This document shows, in pieces, positions 11,001 to 18,325 of a stretch of 64,000 nucleotides of DNA; position 1 is the stretch's first letter; each line of letters starts with the position of its first letter. Where the stretch lies: NCBI GenBank assembly GCA_019233975.1, contig JAFALY010000033.1, positions 16,602-80,601 on the forward strand, read 5' to 3'. The stretch is from Alphaproteobacteria bacterium. Lineage in GTDB: Bacteria; Pseudomonadota; Alphaproteobacteria; UBA9219. Both the position numbers and the translations under genes were made by a program. The notes beneath the pieces are model-generated. The model worked only from the letters and a program-made list of their open reading frames with translations. It ran no database searches and was not told where the DNA came from.

Positions 11001-11256
11001 AAGTCTGCGATTCAATGTGTTCAATATCATTAACGGTTGTTGTCAGTGCGCGTTCAAACCCGCTGACCATATAGTTTGACATCTGATCCGGCGGCAAGCC
11101 TGAGAAAGACCACACAACGCCTACCACGGGGATATTGATCGTCGGGAAAATATCCTTGGGCGTACGCATGATGGTTAGCGGCCCTAGAATGAGGAGAAGA
11201 AGCGCCAGCACCACAAATGTGTAGGGCCTGCTGAGCGCGATACGTACGATCCACAT
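8068..11256 (-). CDS. RND efflux inner-membrane transporter (AcrB/HAE1-like)
   Basis: 1062 aa. N-terminus 'MWIVRIALSRPYTFVVLALLLLILG' and 12-TM AcrB-like layout ('VGILVDDATVAIENI'). Confidence 0.95.
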   Translation of the reverse strand: MWIVRIALSRPYTFVVLALLLLILGPLTIMRTPKDIFPTINIPVVGVVWSFSGLPPDQMSNYMVSGFERALTTTVNDIEHIESQTLTGVAVIKIYFQPNTNIDVALSQVTAISQTLLKSMPPGSTPPLVLSYNASSVPIMQLALSSQQLSEQELFDAGNNFIRTQLATVQGAALPFPYGGKVRQILVDLDQNRLQALGLSAQDVNAAIGAQNLIIPAGTEKIGALEYNIKLNASPTVVDQLNDMPIKAVNGTIIHVRDVAHVRDGFAPQTNIVRVDGQRAALMTVLKTGSASTLDIIERVKKTLPQIKASLPSTLSLHPIGDQSVFVQGAISGVVREGVIAAALTGMMILLFLGSWRSTLIIVVSIPLSILVSIIVLSALGETVNIMTLGGLALAVGILVDDATVAIENINWHLEQGKGVIQSILDGAQQIAIPALVSTLCICIVFVPMFFLTGVARYLFVPMAEAVIFAMLASYFLSRTLVPTMAKYLLRIHVPSHEKATTRNPLQKIQMTFERGFDSYRGGYKVVLESALQHRRSFITGFLALILGSIVVLGPWLGSDFFPLIDAGQIKLHLRAPTGTRVEETAAICDQVATTIRDVIGKDDLQSIVNNVGLPNSGINLTYSNSAPIGPEDADIFISLTSEHKPTADYVRQLRAELSGAMPNVSFSFLPADITSQILNFGLPSPIDIQVIGNNVAANRIVADKLLDQIRHVTGVVDGHIQQAFNAPEFNVTVDRTRAQELGITQRDIATNMLISLSGSFQTSPTFWVDPKNGVSYNVVTQSPQYSLTSLEDLRNIPVTSSLGGKPQILGSLATVERGVGPAVISHYNVQPVIDIFAAAQDRDMGSIASDINKILQTAEKDLPKGTRIVARGQMKTMVDSFTGLAFGLLGAIVLIYFLIVVNFQSWTDPFIIITALPGALAGIVWMLFLTHTTLSVPALTGAIMCMGVATANSILIVSFARERMHEYGCSAVQAALEAGVTRLRPVMMTALAMIIGMVPMALGLGDGGEQNAPLGRAVIGGLVMATVATLFFVPAVFSLVHANRPLTRADSENSVEGQIHD

Positions 11257-11466
11257 AAACTGAATTTCCCAGACTTGGTTGCGGCGTGAGATAACGTCAA
11301 AATTTTGTCTAAATGTTGACGCTACAGAGCATCCGGAAAAACGGCAAGCTACAATTCTACCGTCGCATTAATTCTTGCTCACAAACAAGAAATCAACAAC
11401 CCCGTAAGTTTTCGCCTGCTGTAAGCGTGACTCACATGGTGAGGTTAAGAGAACGATCGCCGCCGC

Positions 11467-11940
11467 TCAGGTCCACTTCACAGACTCGTCATCGGGCAGC
11501 AAGACCAGATCAACAAAAAATGAGTCAACTGCCCGCGCCACATCCTTGAACATGGAGAGGCTGTTGGGCTTGGCGATATACCCGTTTGCATGCAATTTGT
11601 AACTTTGCATGACATCCTGTTCAGCGCGTGAACTGGACAGCACCACAACCGGTATGTGCTTAAGGTCAGAGTCTTCTTTCAGCACCGACAGAAAATCCAG
11701 CCCATGCATTTGAGGCAAGTTCAAATCCAGAATAATCATGTCCGGGGTCGGCACCATTTCATCTTGCGCTTGCCCACGCAACATGGACAGTGCTGCCTCA
11801 GCCGTTTTGGCATGAACAACGTTATAGGGGCCTTTTAAATCCTTCATGGCTTTGCGCAATAAAAGTGCATCACCATTGTTGTCTTCAATCAACAGTACGA
11901 CAACCGGCCTGTTTTTATTTCTAAGGCAATCCGCTGCCAT
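11467..11940 (-). CDS. Single-domain response regulator (receiver only)
   Basis: 'VVVLLIEDNNGDALL', 'MIILDLNLPQMHG', 'VVVLSSS', 'YIAKP'. AGGTG Shine-Dalgarno. Sits 7 nt downstream of the kinase gene. Confidence 0.9.
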   Translation of the reverse strand: MAADCLRNKNRPVVVLLIEDNNGDALLLRKAMKDLKGPYNVVHAKTAEAALSMLRGQAQDEMVPTPDMIILDLNLPQMHGLDFLSVLKEDSDLKHIPVVVLSSSRAEQDVMQSYKLHANGYIAKPNSLSMFKDVARAVDSFFVDLVLLPDDESVKWT

Positions 11941-11947
11941 GGTGCAC

Positions 11948-13459
11948 CTATTGGTTAGTTAAGGCGTATTTTCGTATCGTAAACGCGAACACACTTCCCC
12001 GCCCCGGTGTTGACGTGGCCCATATTCTGCCGGAATGATTTTCTGCAATTTTTTTGCATATACTCAACCCCAGGCCAACGCCCTGGATTTGATCCCATGA
12101 ATGTAACCGCCGGAACGGTTCAAAAACCTGTTCCAGATATTCAGGTTTGATGCCCATACCATTATCGGTGACGGATAACTGCCAGACATCCCCTTGATCC
12201 TGAATACCCATATGAATGCGCGGCACATTGTTTTCTGGCTGATATTTAATGCCGTTGGCAACAAGGTTCTGCAACAACCGCAGAAGCTGCACCGGGTTTC
12301 CATACAAAGTCGGGAACTGGTCGCATGTAATTTCAACACCGCGCTCTTCGATCAGCCGCCTTAAGTTACCCAAAAGGCCACTGACCAGCTCCTGCCCATC
12401 AAAATCGCGCATTTGCGTATTATCGGATTCAAGGCGTGAATAGGCCAGCAGGTCATCCACCATATCCTTCAATCGCCCACCGGAATTAATGACAACGTCC
12501 AGATATTCTTTTCCCTCTTCGTCCAGAAGGCTTTCGTAATCGCTCTTAATCAACGCGCTGAAATTCGTGATCATGCGGATGGGCTCTAACATATCATGTG
12601 ATGCGATATAGGCGAAGCGCTCCAGCTTTGTATTGGACTCCGCAAGTTTCTGGATCAGCCGCTCCCTTTGCGACTCCAGTGACTTGCGCAAACTGCAATC
12701 CTGAACTGCGGCAATGACCTGCATCTTGCCGTCCGGCAGTTTTGTTTTACTAAGGCCAATTTCCAACGGCACCACACTGCCGTCTTTGCGCTTACCAACC
12801 ACATCACGCCCCAGCGCCATCTGACGCGCACCGCCAGCTAACATGTACTGCGACATATCTTGTTGATGTTTGGAAAGATATTGCTCAGGGATCAGCACCT
12901 CAATTTTCTGGCCGATCAATTCGCTCTCCTCATAATCAAAAATTTTGAGCAAGGACGTGTTGACCGATGTAATCGTGCCCGTAATATCGACGGTCATAAT
13001 GCCGCCGGGCGCCGCATTCATAATGGCTAACAGGCGCAAGGACTCCCCGCGCAGCGCATTTTCTGCATTCTTTTGCGCCGTCATGTCGCGGATAATGCCC
13101 ACGAACACGCGCTTTTCTCCGACGATCATATCGTTGACGCCCAGTTCCATGGGAAACACTTCACCGGATTTACGTCGCCCTGAAACTTCACGACCAATGC
13201 CGATCACCTTCCTGCTGCCGGTCTCTAGATAATTGTGAATGTAGGCGCCATGCTCAGAATGATAAGGCTCCGGCATCAACATGTTCACATTGAGCCCCAT
13301 GACTTCTTCCGGCTGATAGCCAAAGATCTGCGTTGCAGCTTTATTAAAGCTGAGGATCTCACCTCTGCTATTGATCATGACGATACCCTCGAGAACTGTA
13401 TCGAGAACAGTGTTGAGCGGTACGTTTCCTTCAAAGACGTTTTGCATCGGGGCGTCCAC
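11948..13459 (-). CDS. Cytoplasmic PAS-PAS sensor histidine kinase
   Basis: Two PAS-like repeats ('GIVMINSRGEILSFNKAATQIFGY', 'GIMTVDITGTITSVNTSLLKIFDY'). H-box 'FAYIASHDMLEPIRMI'. ATPase motifs 'VTDNGMGI' and 'GVGLGLSICKKI'. No TM segment. Confidence 0.9.
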   Translation of the reverse strand: MDAPMQNVFEGNVPLNTVLDTVLEGIVMINSRGEILSFNKAATQIFGYQPEEVMGLNVNMLMPEPYHSEHGAYIHNYLETGSRKVIGIGREVSGRRKSGEVFPMELGVNDMIVGEKRVFVGIIRDMTAQKNAENALRGESLRLLAIMNAAPGGIMTVDITGTITSVNTSLLKIFDYEESELIGQKIEVLIPEQYLSKHQQDMSQYMLAGGARQMALGRDVVGKRKDGSVVPLEIGLSKTKLPDGKMQVIAAVQDCSLRKSLESQRERLIQKLAESNTKLERFAYIASHDMLEPIRMITNFSALIKSDYESLLDEEGKEYLDVVINSGGRLKDMVDDLLAYSRLESDNTQMRDFDGQELVSGLLGNLRRLIEERGVEITCDQFPTLYGNPVQLLRLLQNLVANGIKYQPENNVPRIHMGIQDQGDVWQLSVTDNGMGIKPEYLEQVFEPFRRLHSWDQIQGVGLGLSICKKIAENHSGRIWATSTPGRGSVFAFTIRKYALTNQ

Positions 13460-13581
13460 GGTTACCGTGAATTAACTAACAAATCCTATTTAGCAGCACA
13501 AGAAATATGCTTGTAGATTTCTGTCTAATATTGTGTTTATATAGTACGCAACAAATAATTATGTAATATACATACTGTGGC

Positions 13582-14265
13582 ATGATCAACATCAGACAAA
13601 TACGCGCCGCGCGCGCAATGCTGGGCTGGGATCAAAAAGAGCTCGCCAGAAGGGCGGGTATTTCCATTGCCACATACAATAATATAGAACGCGGCGTTCA
13701 GCGCGATCCCAAAACAAGCACATTAAGAGCCATTATAACTGCCCTTGAAAGAGAAGGCATAGAATTCGCGGCCCAGCCCAACGGTATCGAAGGTATATTC
13801 TTGAAAGCCGTGATACGCCAAGCCGAACCAGCAACCGTTCTGATTATCGACGACAACCGCAGTGATCGGCTGCTTTTTAAGCGATGGTTGGGGGATATCA
13901 GTGATTACGACTTAAATATTGTCGAAGCAGCGAACGGCAAAAGCGGCTTCAATAATTTTTTGCTTAGCACGCCGGACTGCATCATTCTGGACTTTATGAT
14001 GTATGGCATCGACGGTCTACAGCTCCTGACAGCCATCAAACAGGGCGGACACAAAGTGCCGCCCGTTATTTTTGCAACTGGCGCACACAGCGATGCAGTT
14101 GAGCAAAAGGTTTTCGGACAAGGGGTTTTTGCCTATGTCAACAAAACGGAAACCAAAAAGGAGCTGTTTATCAAAACAGTCACAGAAGCCCTGCGTTATA
14201 AAAAATCAGGCGGGCCGATTGCAGCGCACAAACCCGAAAGCCGCGCCCAAGCTCATATACAGTAA
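13582..14265 (+). CDS. XRE-type HTH domain fused to a C-terminal receiver domain
   Basis: N-terminus 'IRQIRAARAMLGWDQKELARRAGISIATYNNIERG' (HTH_XRE). C-terminus 'VLIIDDNRSD', 'CIILDFMMYGIDG', 'VIFATG', 'AYVNK' (REC). Confidence 0.8.
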   Translation: MINIRQIRAARAMLGWDQKELARRAGISIATYNNIERGVQRDPKTSTLRAIITALEREGIEFAAQPNGIEGIFLKAVIRQAEPATVLIIDDNRSDRLLFKRWLGDISDYDLNIVEAANGKSGFNNFLLSTPDCIILDFMMYGIDGLQLLTAIKQGGHKVPPVIFATGAHSDAVEQKVFGQGVFAYVNKTETKKELFIKTVTEALRYKKSGGPIAAHKPESRAQAHIQ

Positions 14266-14276
14266 ATAATGCATAC

Positions 14277-14301
14277 AATAATAGTATTCTGAACTATTAT
14301 T
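14277..14301. repeat. Perfect 9-bp inverted repeat AATAATAGT-N7-ACTATTATT
   Basis: Read directly from the sequence, 12 nt after the stop of the XRE-REC gene. Related hexamers TACTAT/ATAGTA recur at about 14321, about 14344 and about 13532. The stem is almost all A/T, so it is a poor terminator. Confidence 0.5.
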
Positions 14302-14412
14302 TATCATTAATTGCAAAAATTACTATGGATTAGTTTTTAGAAATACTATATTTGACGATCTGTTTACCACAGCCCCACACAATGCAGTCACAATGGGAAA
14401 TGGGAGGGGACG

Positions 14413-14940
14413 ATGCGTCAGAATATAGCTTACGCAGAAAAAGAATCCGCCGGCCAAAGCACTGCCGTTCGATCTTTCCCTCCGCATGTTCCCAACAAGC
14501 CGTCGCGCATTCTTGCAACCAGCGGTAATGATGACGAAGCGGCTGACACGCTGATCTATGACTTCTTGCTGGTTGAGGATTCACGCCCCGATGCAATCTT
14601 GACCAAGATCGCTCTTGAAAGCCTCGGCATGGGGTACAATCTGATCCACCTTGAAAAAGGCGGCGACGTTATCCCCTATCTTATGGCGAACGCGAACAAC
14701 AAACCCGACCTTCTGATCCTGGATTTAGGATTACCTGACCTTAGCGGCTTTGATGTTCTGGAACATATATCCACCCTGCCCGCGCCTTCGCGCGATTTTC
14801 CGATCATCATTGTCACCGGATACAACGACTTTCAATATGTGCAGAACAATCAGCTGTTACTGATTAAGGGGTATGTTCATAAATCCGCGCTTCGGCTGAC
14901 AATTCACAAAGCCGTGCGTCGTGCTCTGTTCGACGAATAA
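14413..14940 (+). CDS. Response regulator, receiver domain only, with an N-terminal extension of about 50 aa
   Basis: 'FLLVEDSRPD', 'LLILDLGLPDLSG', 'IIIVTG', 'YVHK'. GGGAGGGG Shine-Dalgarno upstream of the ATG at 14413. Confidence 0.8.
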   Translation: MRQNIAYAEKESAGQSTAVRSFPPHVPNKPSRILATSGNDDEAADTLIYDFLLVEDSRPDAILTKIALESLGMGYNLIHLEKGGDVIPYLMANANNKPDLLILDLGLPDLSGFDVLEHISTLPAPSRDFPIIIVTGYNDFQYVQNNQLLLIKGYVHKSALRLTIHKAVRRALFDE

Positions 14941-14960
14941 ACCTCGCCCTTTCACTATCC

Positions 14961-16223
14961 CTAAAACTCCCACGAATCCGGTACTCGCTGAAAAGCCGCG
15001 TGCCCCGTAAAGCGTCGCACCTGCTGATCGTGTAATCCCCAGGTAACCGCACCACGACCGAAACGACCATTAATCTTATCCATCACCGGCGACAAAGGGC
15101 GGGATTGCACAGCCGTGCTTTGTGCTGGCATCACACCCTCGGTAAACAGGTCCAGTTGATGCCGAGCGGCAGGGACCAGATCCATCAGTACCATGCCCAC
15201 TTTAACCGGCCAGCATGCGGGCACGCCGCGCCACAAATCCATCAGGCGGGTCTGCATAAAGCCCGTGTCCTGCGTTTCGTGAAAACCGACCTCACCCCAC
15301 CAATTCCCAAGTCCCGATATGCGCGATAAATACAACCCCATGCGGCGCGCATAATAACCTTTATGCCGCAACCGCTCACCAGCCTTAGCCAGCAGATGCT
15401 GGGAAAACTGGCGCGCCCCTTCCATGGTACGCAAGGCCGGTTCCAATACATGTTCATGGCTGATACTGCGGCTTTCCTGCGAAGACGGAAACTGTAAATC
15501 CGCCCCGTGCAACAGTTCGTAATACAGAACCCCTGTTACACCGCCCCACGCCCGACGCAACACATCACGCGATGCGCGCATCAGATCCTCAACCGTGCCG
15601 ATCCCCGCCATGTTCAGGCGATGCTCCATACGCCGGCCAATGCCATAGATGTCTGTCAGTTTGAGACGATGCAAAATATGCGGCAAGTCTGACTTGGTAA
15701 TTGTCACCAGCCCATCCGGCTTCTGCATGTCACTGCCCACTTTGCCCAGAAACATATTGGGCGCAAGACCAATCGAACACGTCATACGCTCCCCTACATG
15801 CTGTCTGATGGCCGCCTTGACGCGATGCGCCAATGCCTGCGCTCCGCTAACCGTACGTTCTGCCCCCATCAGGCGGCAGGCCATTTCGTCAATCGAACAC
15901 ACCTTTTCAACCGGCAGGCAGGTATCAACCGCCGCAATGACGCGATGGTGGTAATCGACATAGAGCTTGTGCCGCGCCCTAACCAGAACCAGGTCGCGGC
16001 ACATCTGTTTGGCTTCCCATATTGCCGTGCCGGTCTTGATGCCATAAGCCTTGGCTTCATAGCTGGCGGCAATCGCGCAGGTACTTTCCGTATCGGTTGG
16101 CACAACGGCAACCGGGCGCCCACGCAGTTCCGGCCTTTCCTGCTGTTCGCACGATGCGAAAAAGCTGTTCAAATCCAGAAACAGCCAATTGACAGAATGT
16201 TCCGCTGAAGCTAGTTTGTTCAT
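14961..16223 (-). CDS. Y-family (DinB/UmuC-like) translesion DNA polymerase
   Basis: 'WLFLDLNSFFASCEQQERPELRGRPVAVVP' and 'CSIDEMACRL' match the catalytic Asp/steric-gate and SIDE motifs of active Y-family polymerases. Confidence 0.85.
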   Translation of the reverse strand: MNKLASAEHSVNWLFLDLNSFFASCEQQERPELRGRPVAVVPTDTESTCAIAASYEAKAYGIKTGTAIWEAKQMCRDLVLVRARHKLYVDYHHRVIAAVDTCLPVEKVCSIDEMACRLMGAERTVSGAQALAHRVKAAIRQHVGERMTCSIGLAPNMFLGKVGSDMQKPDGLVTITKSDLPHILHRLKLTDIYGIGRRMEHRLNMAGIGTVEDLMRASRDVLRRAWGGVTGVLYYELLHGADLQFPSSQESRSISHEHVLEPALRTMEGARQFSQHLLAKAGERLRHKGYYARRMGLYLSRISGLGNWWGEVGFHETQDTGFMQTRLMDLWRGVPACWPVKVGMVLMDLVPAARHQLDLFTEGVMPAQSTAVQSRPLSPVMDKINGRFGRGAVTWGLHDQQVRRFTGHAAFQRVPDSWEF

Positions 16224-16232
16224 GTTTTGTTC
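16218..16232 (-). promoter_or_regulatory. Putative alphaproteobacterial LexA (SOS) box GTTC-N7-GTTC
   Basis: Plus strand reads GTTCATGTTTTGTTC; minus strand reads GAACAAAACATGAAC, which contains the polymerase ATG. It abuts a TATAAG hexamer (16232-16237) and a TTGCAA (16253-16258). Confidence 0.6.
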
Positions 16233-16310
16233 TTATAGGCTGCGGCGGCATTTTGCAATAGATATCTGTCGAACACATACGCTTGGCAAACACACCTGAA
16301 GGAATCCCAC

Positions 16311-16718
16311 ATGGTCGAGACGAACATCCGCTACGAAGGCAGCCTGCGCTGTACGGCAGAGCACGCCCCCTCACACACCACCCTGACGACCGATGCCCCA
16401 GTTGATAATCAGGGCAAGGGGGAGAGTTTCTCTCCCACCGATCTGGTTGCCACGGCACTGGGCTCCTGCATCCTGACAACTATGGGGATTGTCGCTGCCC
16501 GCATGCAGGTCGACATGACCGGCAGCCATGCAACCGTCATCAAAGAAATGGCGACGTCGGCACCGCGCAGAATTGCGAAACTTGCGGTCACACTCACCAT
16601 GCACGGCACATTCGATGAAACGCAAAAAGAAAAACTGACCCGTGCAGCACATGTGTGCCCGGTGCATCAAAGCCTGCACCTGGATATTGATGTGCCGATT
16701 GATATTCACTGGCCGTGA
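16311..16718 (+). CDS. OsmC/Ohr-family peroxiredoxin-like protein
   Basis: 135 aa. 'GESFSPTDLVATALGSCILTTM' and 'AAHVCPVHQSL' carry the two conserved Cys of the OsmC family. Confidence 0.85.
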   Translation: MVETNIRYEGSLRCTAEHAPSHTTLTTDAPVDNQGKGESFSPTDLVATALGSCILTTMGIVAARMQVDMTGSHATVIKEMATSAPRRIAKLAVTLTMHGTFDETQKEKLTRAAHVCPVHQSLHLDIDVPIDIHWP

Positions 16719-16913
16719 TCGCAAAAAATCACCGCAGATTTTGAATCAATTGTATATGAACGCTCAGTATCTGACACATGGAAACGCCTTGCTTTACAAG
16801 GCATTACAGCACGCAAAATTTGTGCTGTGAAAACTCTTTTCCATGCTATCAAACGCTCAGCTTTGGCCGTGGCGTCAAAGCCGCATCTCCAACAACCAAC
16901 AGTGGAGGATCTC

Positions 16914-17546
16914 ATGTACACTTTGTATTACAGCCCCGGTTCATGTTCGATGGCCATTCACATCGCCTTGAACGAATGCAACCAGCCGGTCACCCTGAAA
17001 AAGGTCGACCTGATGTCGGGCGAACAACGTTCTCCCGAATTTATGGCAATCAACCCGCGCGGCCAGGTTCCCGTCCTGACGGATGGCAAGACCGTGATGC
17101 GTGAGGGCGCCGCCATCCTCATCCACCTGTACGACAAATATAACAACCCGCTGCTGCCAAAGTCGGAACCCGCCCGTTCACAAGCCATCGAATGGTTGAT
17201 GTTCTGCAACGCCACGCTGCACCCCGCTTATGCCCGCTGCTTCTTCATCAAGCGCAACATCAGCGACCCAGCGGCGCAAGAACAAGCCATGACGGCGGCC
17301 GTCTCCCGCCTGAATGACCTGTGGTCGGACGTCGAAGCCCGTTTGTCAAACAGCCCCTATCTGTGTGGCAGCCAACCCACCGCCGCCGATTTATTGCTGA
17401 CCGTCATTGCGAATTGGTCGGGTAATGTCGGCAAGCCGGTTAACATCGGCTCAAACACCAAACGTTTGCTGAAGGAAATCAGCCAGCGTCCGGCTTATCA
17501 GAAAGCCATGCAGGCTGAACAAGTTGAATACCAAGCTGCCGCCTAA
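16914..17546 (+). CDS. Glutathione S-transferase
   Basis: The ATG at 16914 is preceded by GGAGGA. 'MYTLYYSPGSCSMAIHIALNE', 'INPRGQVPVL' and a C-terminal alpha-helical GST domain. Confidence 0.85.
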   Translation: MYTLYYSPGSCSMAIHIALNECNQPVTLKKVDLMSGEQRSPEFMAINPRGQVPVLTDGKTVMREGAAILIHLYDKYNNPLLPKSEPARSQAIEWLMFCNATLHPAYARCFFIKRNISDPAAQEQAMTAAVSRLNDLWSDVEARLSNSPYLCGSQPTAADLLLTVIANWSGNVGKPVNIGSNTKRLLKEISQRPAYQKAMQAEQVEYQAAA

Positions 17547-18304
17547 GCGTCAGTCGCGACAAAAGCCGTCACAGCCCGCCACAGCATCTCAAGATCCTGT
17601 GGTCGGCTGAGGCGGTGGTCTCCATCCTTAATCAACGACACCGCCACATCATCGCGTGTTATACAGTCGGCGATTTTTAGGGCATGCCGCCATGGCACAT
17701 CCGCGTCACGCATGCCCTGTAACAGATGCGTGGGGCACGACAAGCGCAACGGCTTACGCAACAACAAATGCGCACGACCATCTTCGATCAGCCGCAAAGT
17801 GATGGGTGCATTATGTTCAGGCGTTGCATGTTCGTCGGGCAGCAGACCATCGCGCTGAATGATCGCTTTTTGCTCCGGTGTCATCACTTGCCACATCAGG
17901 TCTTCCGTAAAGTCCGGCGCGGCAGCAATACCGACAACAGCGGCAATAGATTCAGGCAGTTGTTGCGCAAGCGCCAAAGCAATCCACCCACCCATCGAGG
18001 ATCCAACAAGCACCTGACGCTGCCCTTGCCCTGCGACAAGTGCAAGCATATGCCGCGCGTCATCAATCCAATCGCCAATTGCATGATCTGTAAACTTGCC
18101 GCTGGATTGCCCATGGCCCCGATAATCAAAGCGCATAAACGATAAATCAGCCGCGGAGCAACGTTCCGCCAGATACCCCGCTTTGGTGCCCGTCATATCG
18201 GACGCAAAACCGCCTAAAAAAACGACACCCGGACGGTCCAAACGGCCAATACGGCGTTGATAGGCAAGGCGGCGATCCGCTATGGTATAAAAATCAGGAA
18301 TCAT
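17543..18304 (-). CDS. Alpha/beta-fold hydrolase
   Basis: 'VVFLGGFASDMTGTKA', nucleophile elbow 'VGSSMGGWIA', and a late 'DGDHRL'. The start is set at the internal ATG 18304 to avoid overlapping the divergent gene; 18388 is also possible. Confidence 0.75.
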   Translation of the reverse strand: MIPDFYTIADRRLAYQRRIGRLDRPGVVFLGGFASDMTGTKAGYLAERCSAADLSFMRFDYRGHGQSSGKFTDHAIGDWIDDARHMLALVAGQGQRQVLVGSSMGGWIALALAQQLPESIAAVVGIAAAPDFTEDLMWQVMTPEQKAIIQRDGLLPDEHATPEHNAPITLRLIEDGRAHLLLRKPLRLSCPTHLLQGMRDADVPWRHALKIADCITRDDVAVSLIKDGDHRLSRPQDLEMLWRAVTAFVATDA

Positions 18305-18325
18305 AAAGACAGAATACAAGGCCCC

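Noticed and set aside
11295-11321. Inverted repeat CGTCAA-N15-TTGACG upstream of the RND efflux operon, considered as a possible TetR-type operator.
   Set aside because: The arms are only 6 bp and the spacer is long. No TetR-family gene lies nearby. This is within chance expectation.
16719-16913. Small ORFs (16706..16921 minus, 16642..16830 plus) and two short hairpins (GCCTTG-N5-CAAGGC, CAGCAC-N9-GTGCTG) in the osmC-gst spacer.
   Set aside because: The ORFs lack Shine-Dalgarno sites and have odd composition. The hairpins are only 6 bp and are most simply a weak terminator region for the OsmC-like gene. There is not enough evidence for an sRNA.
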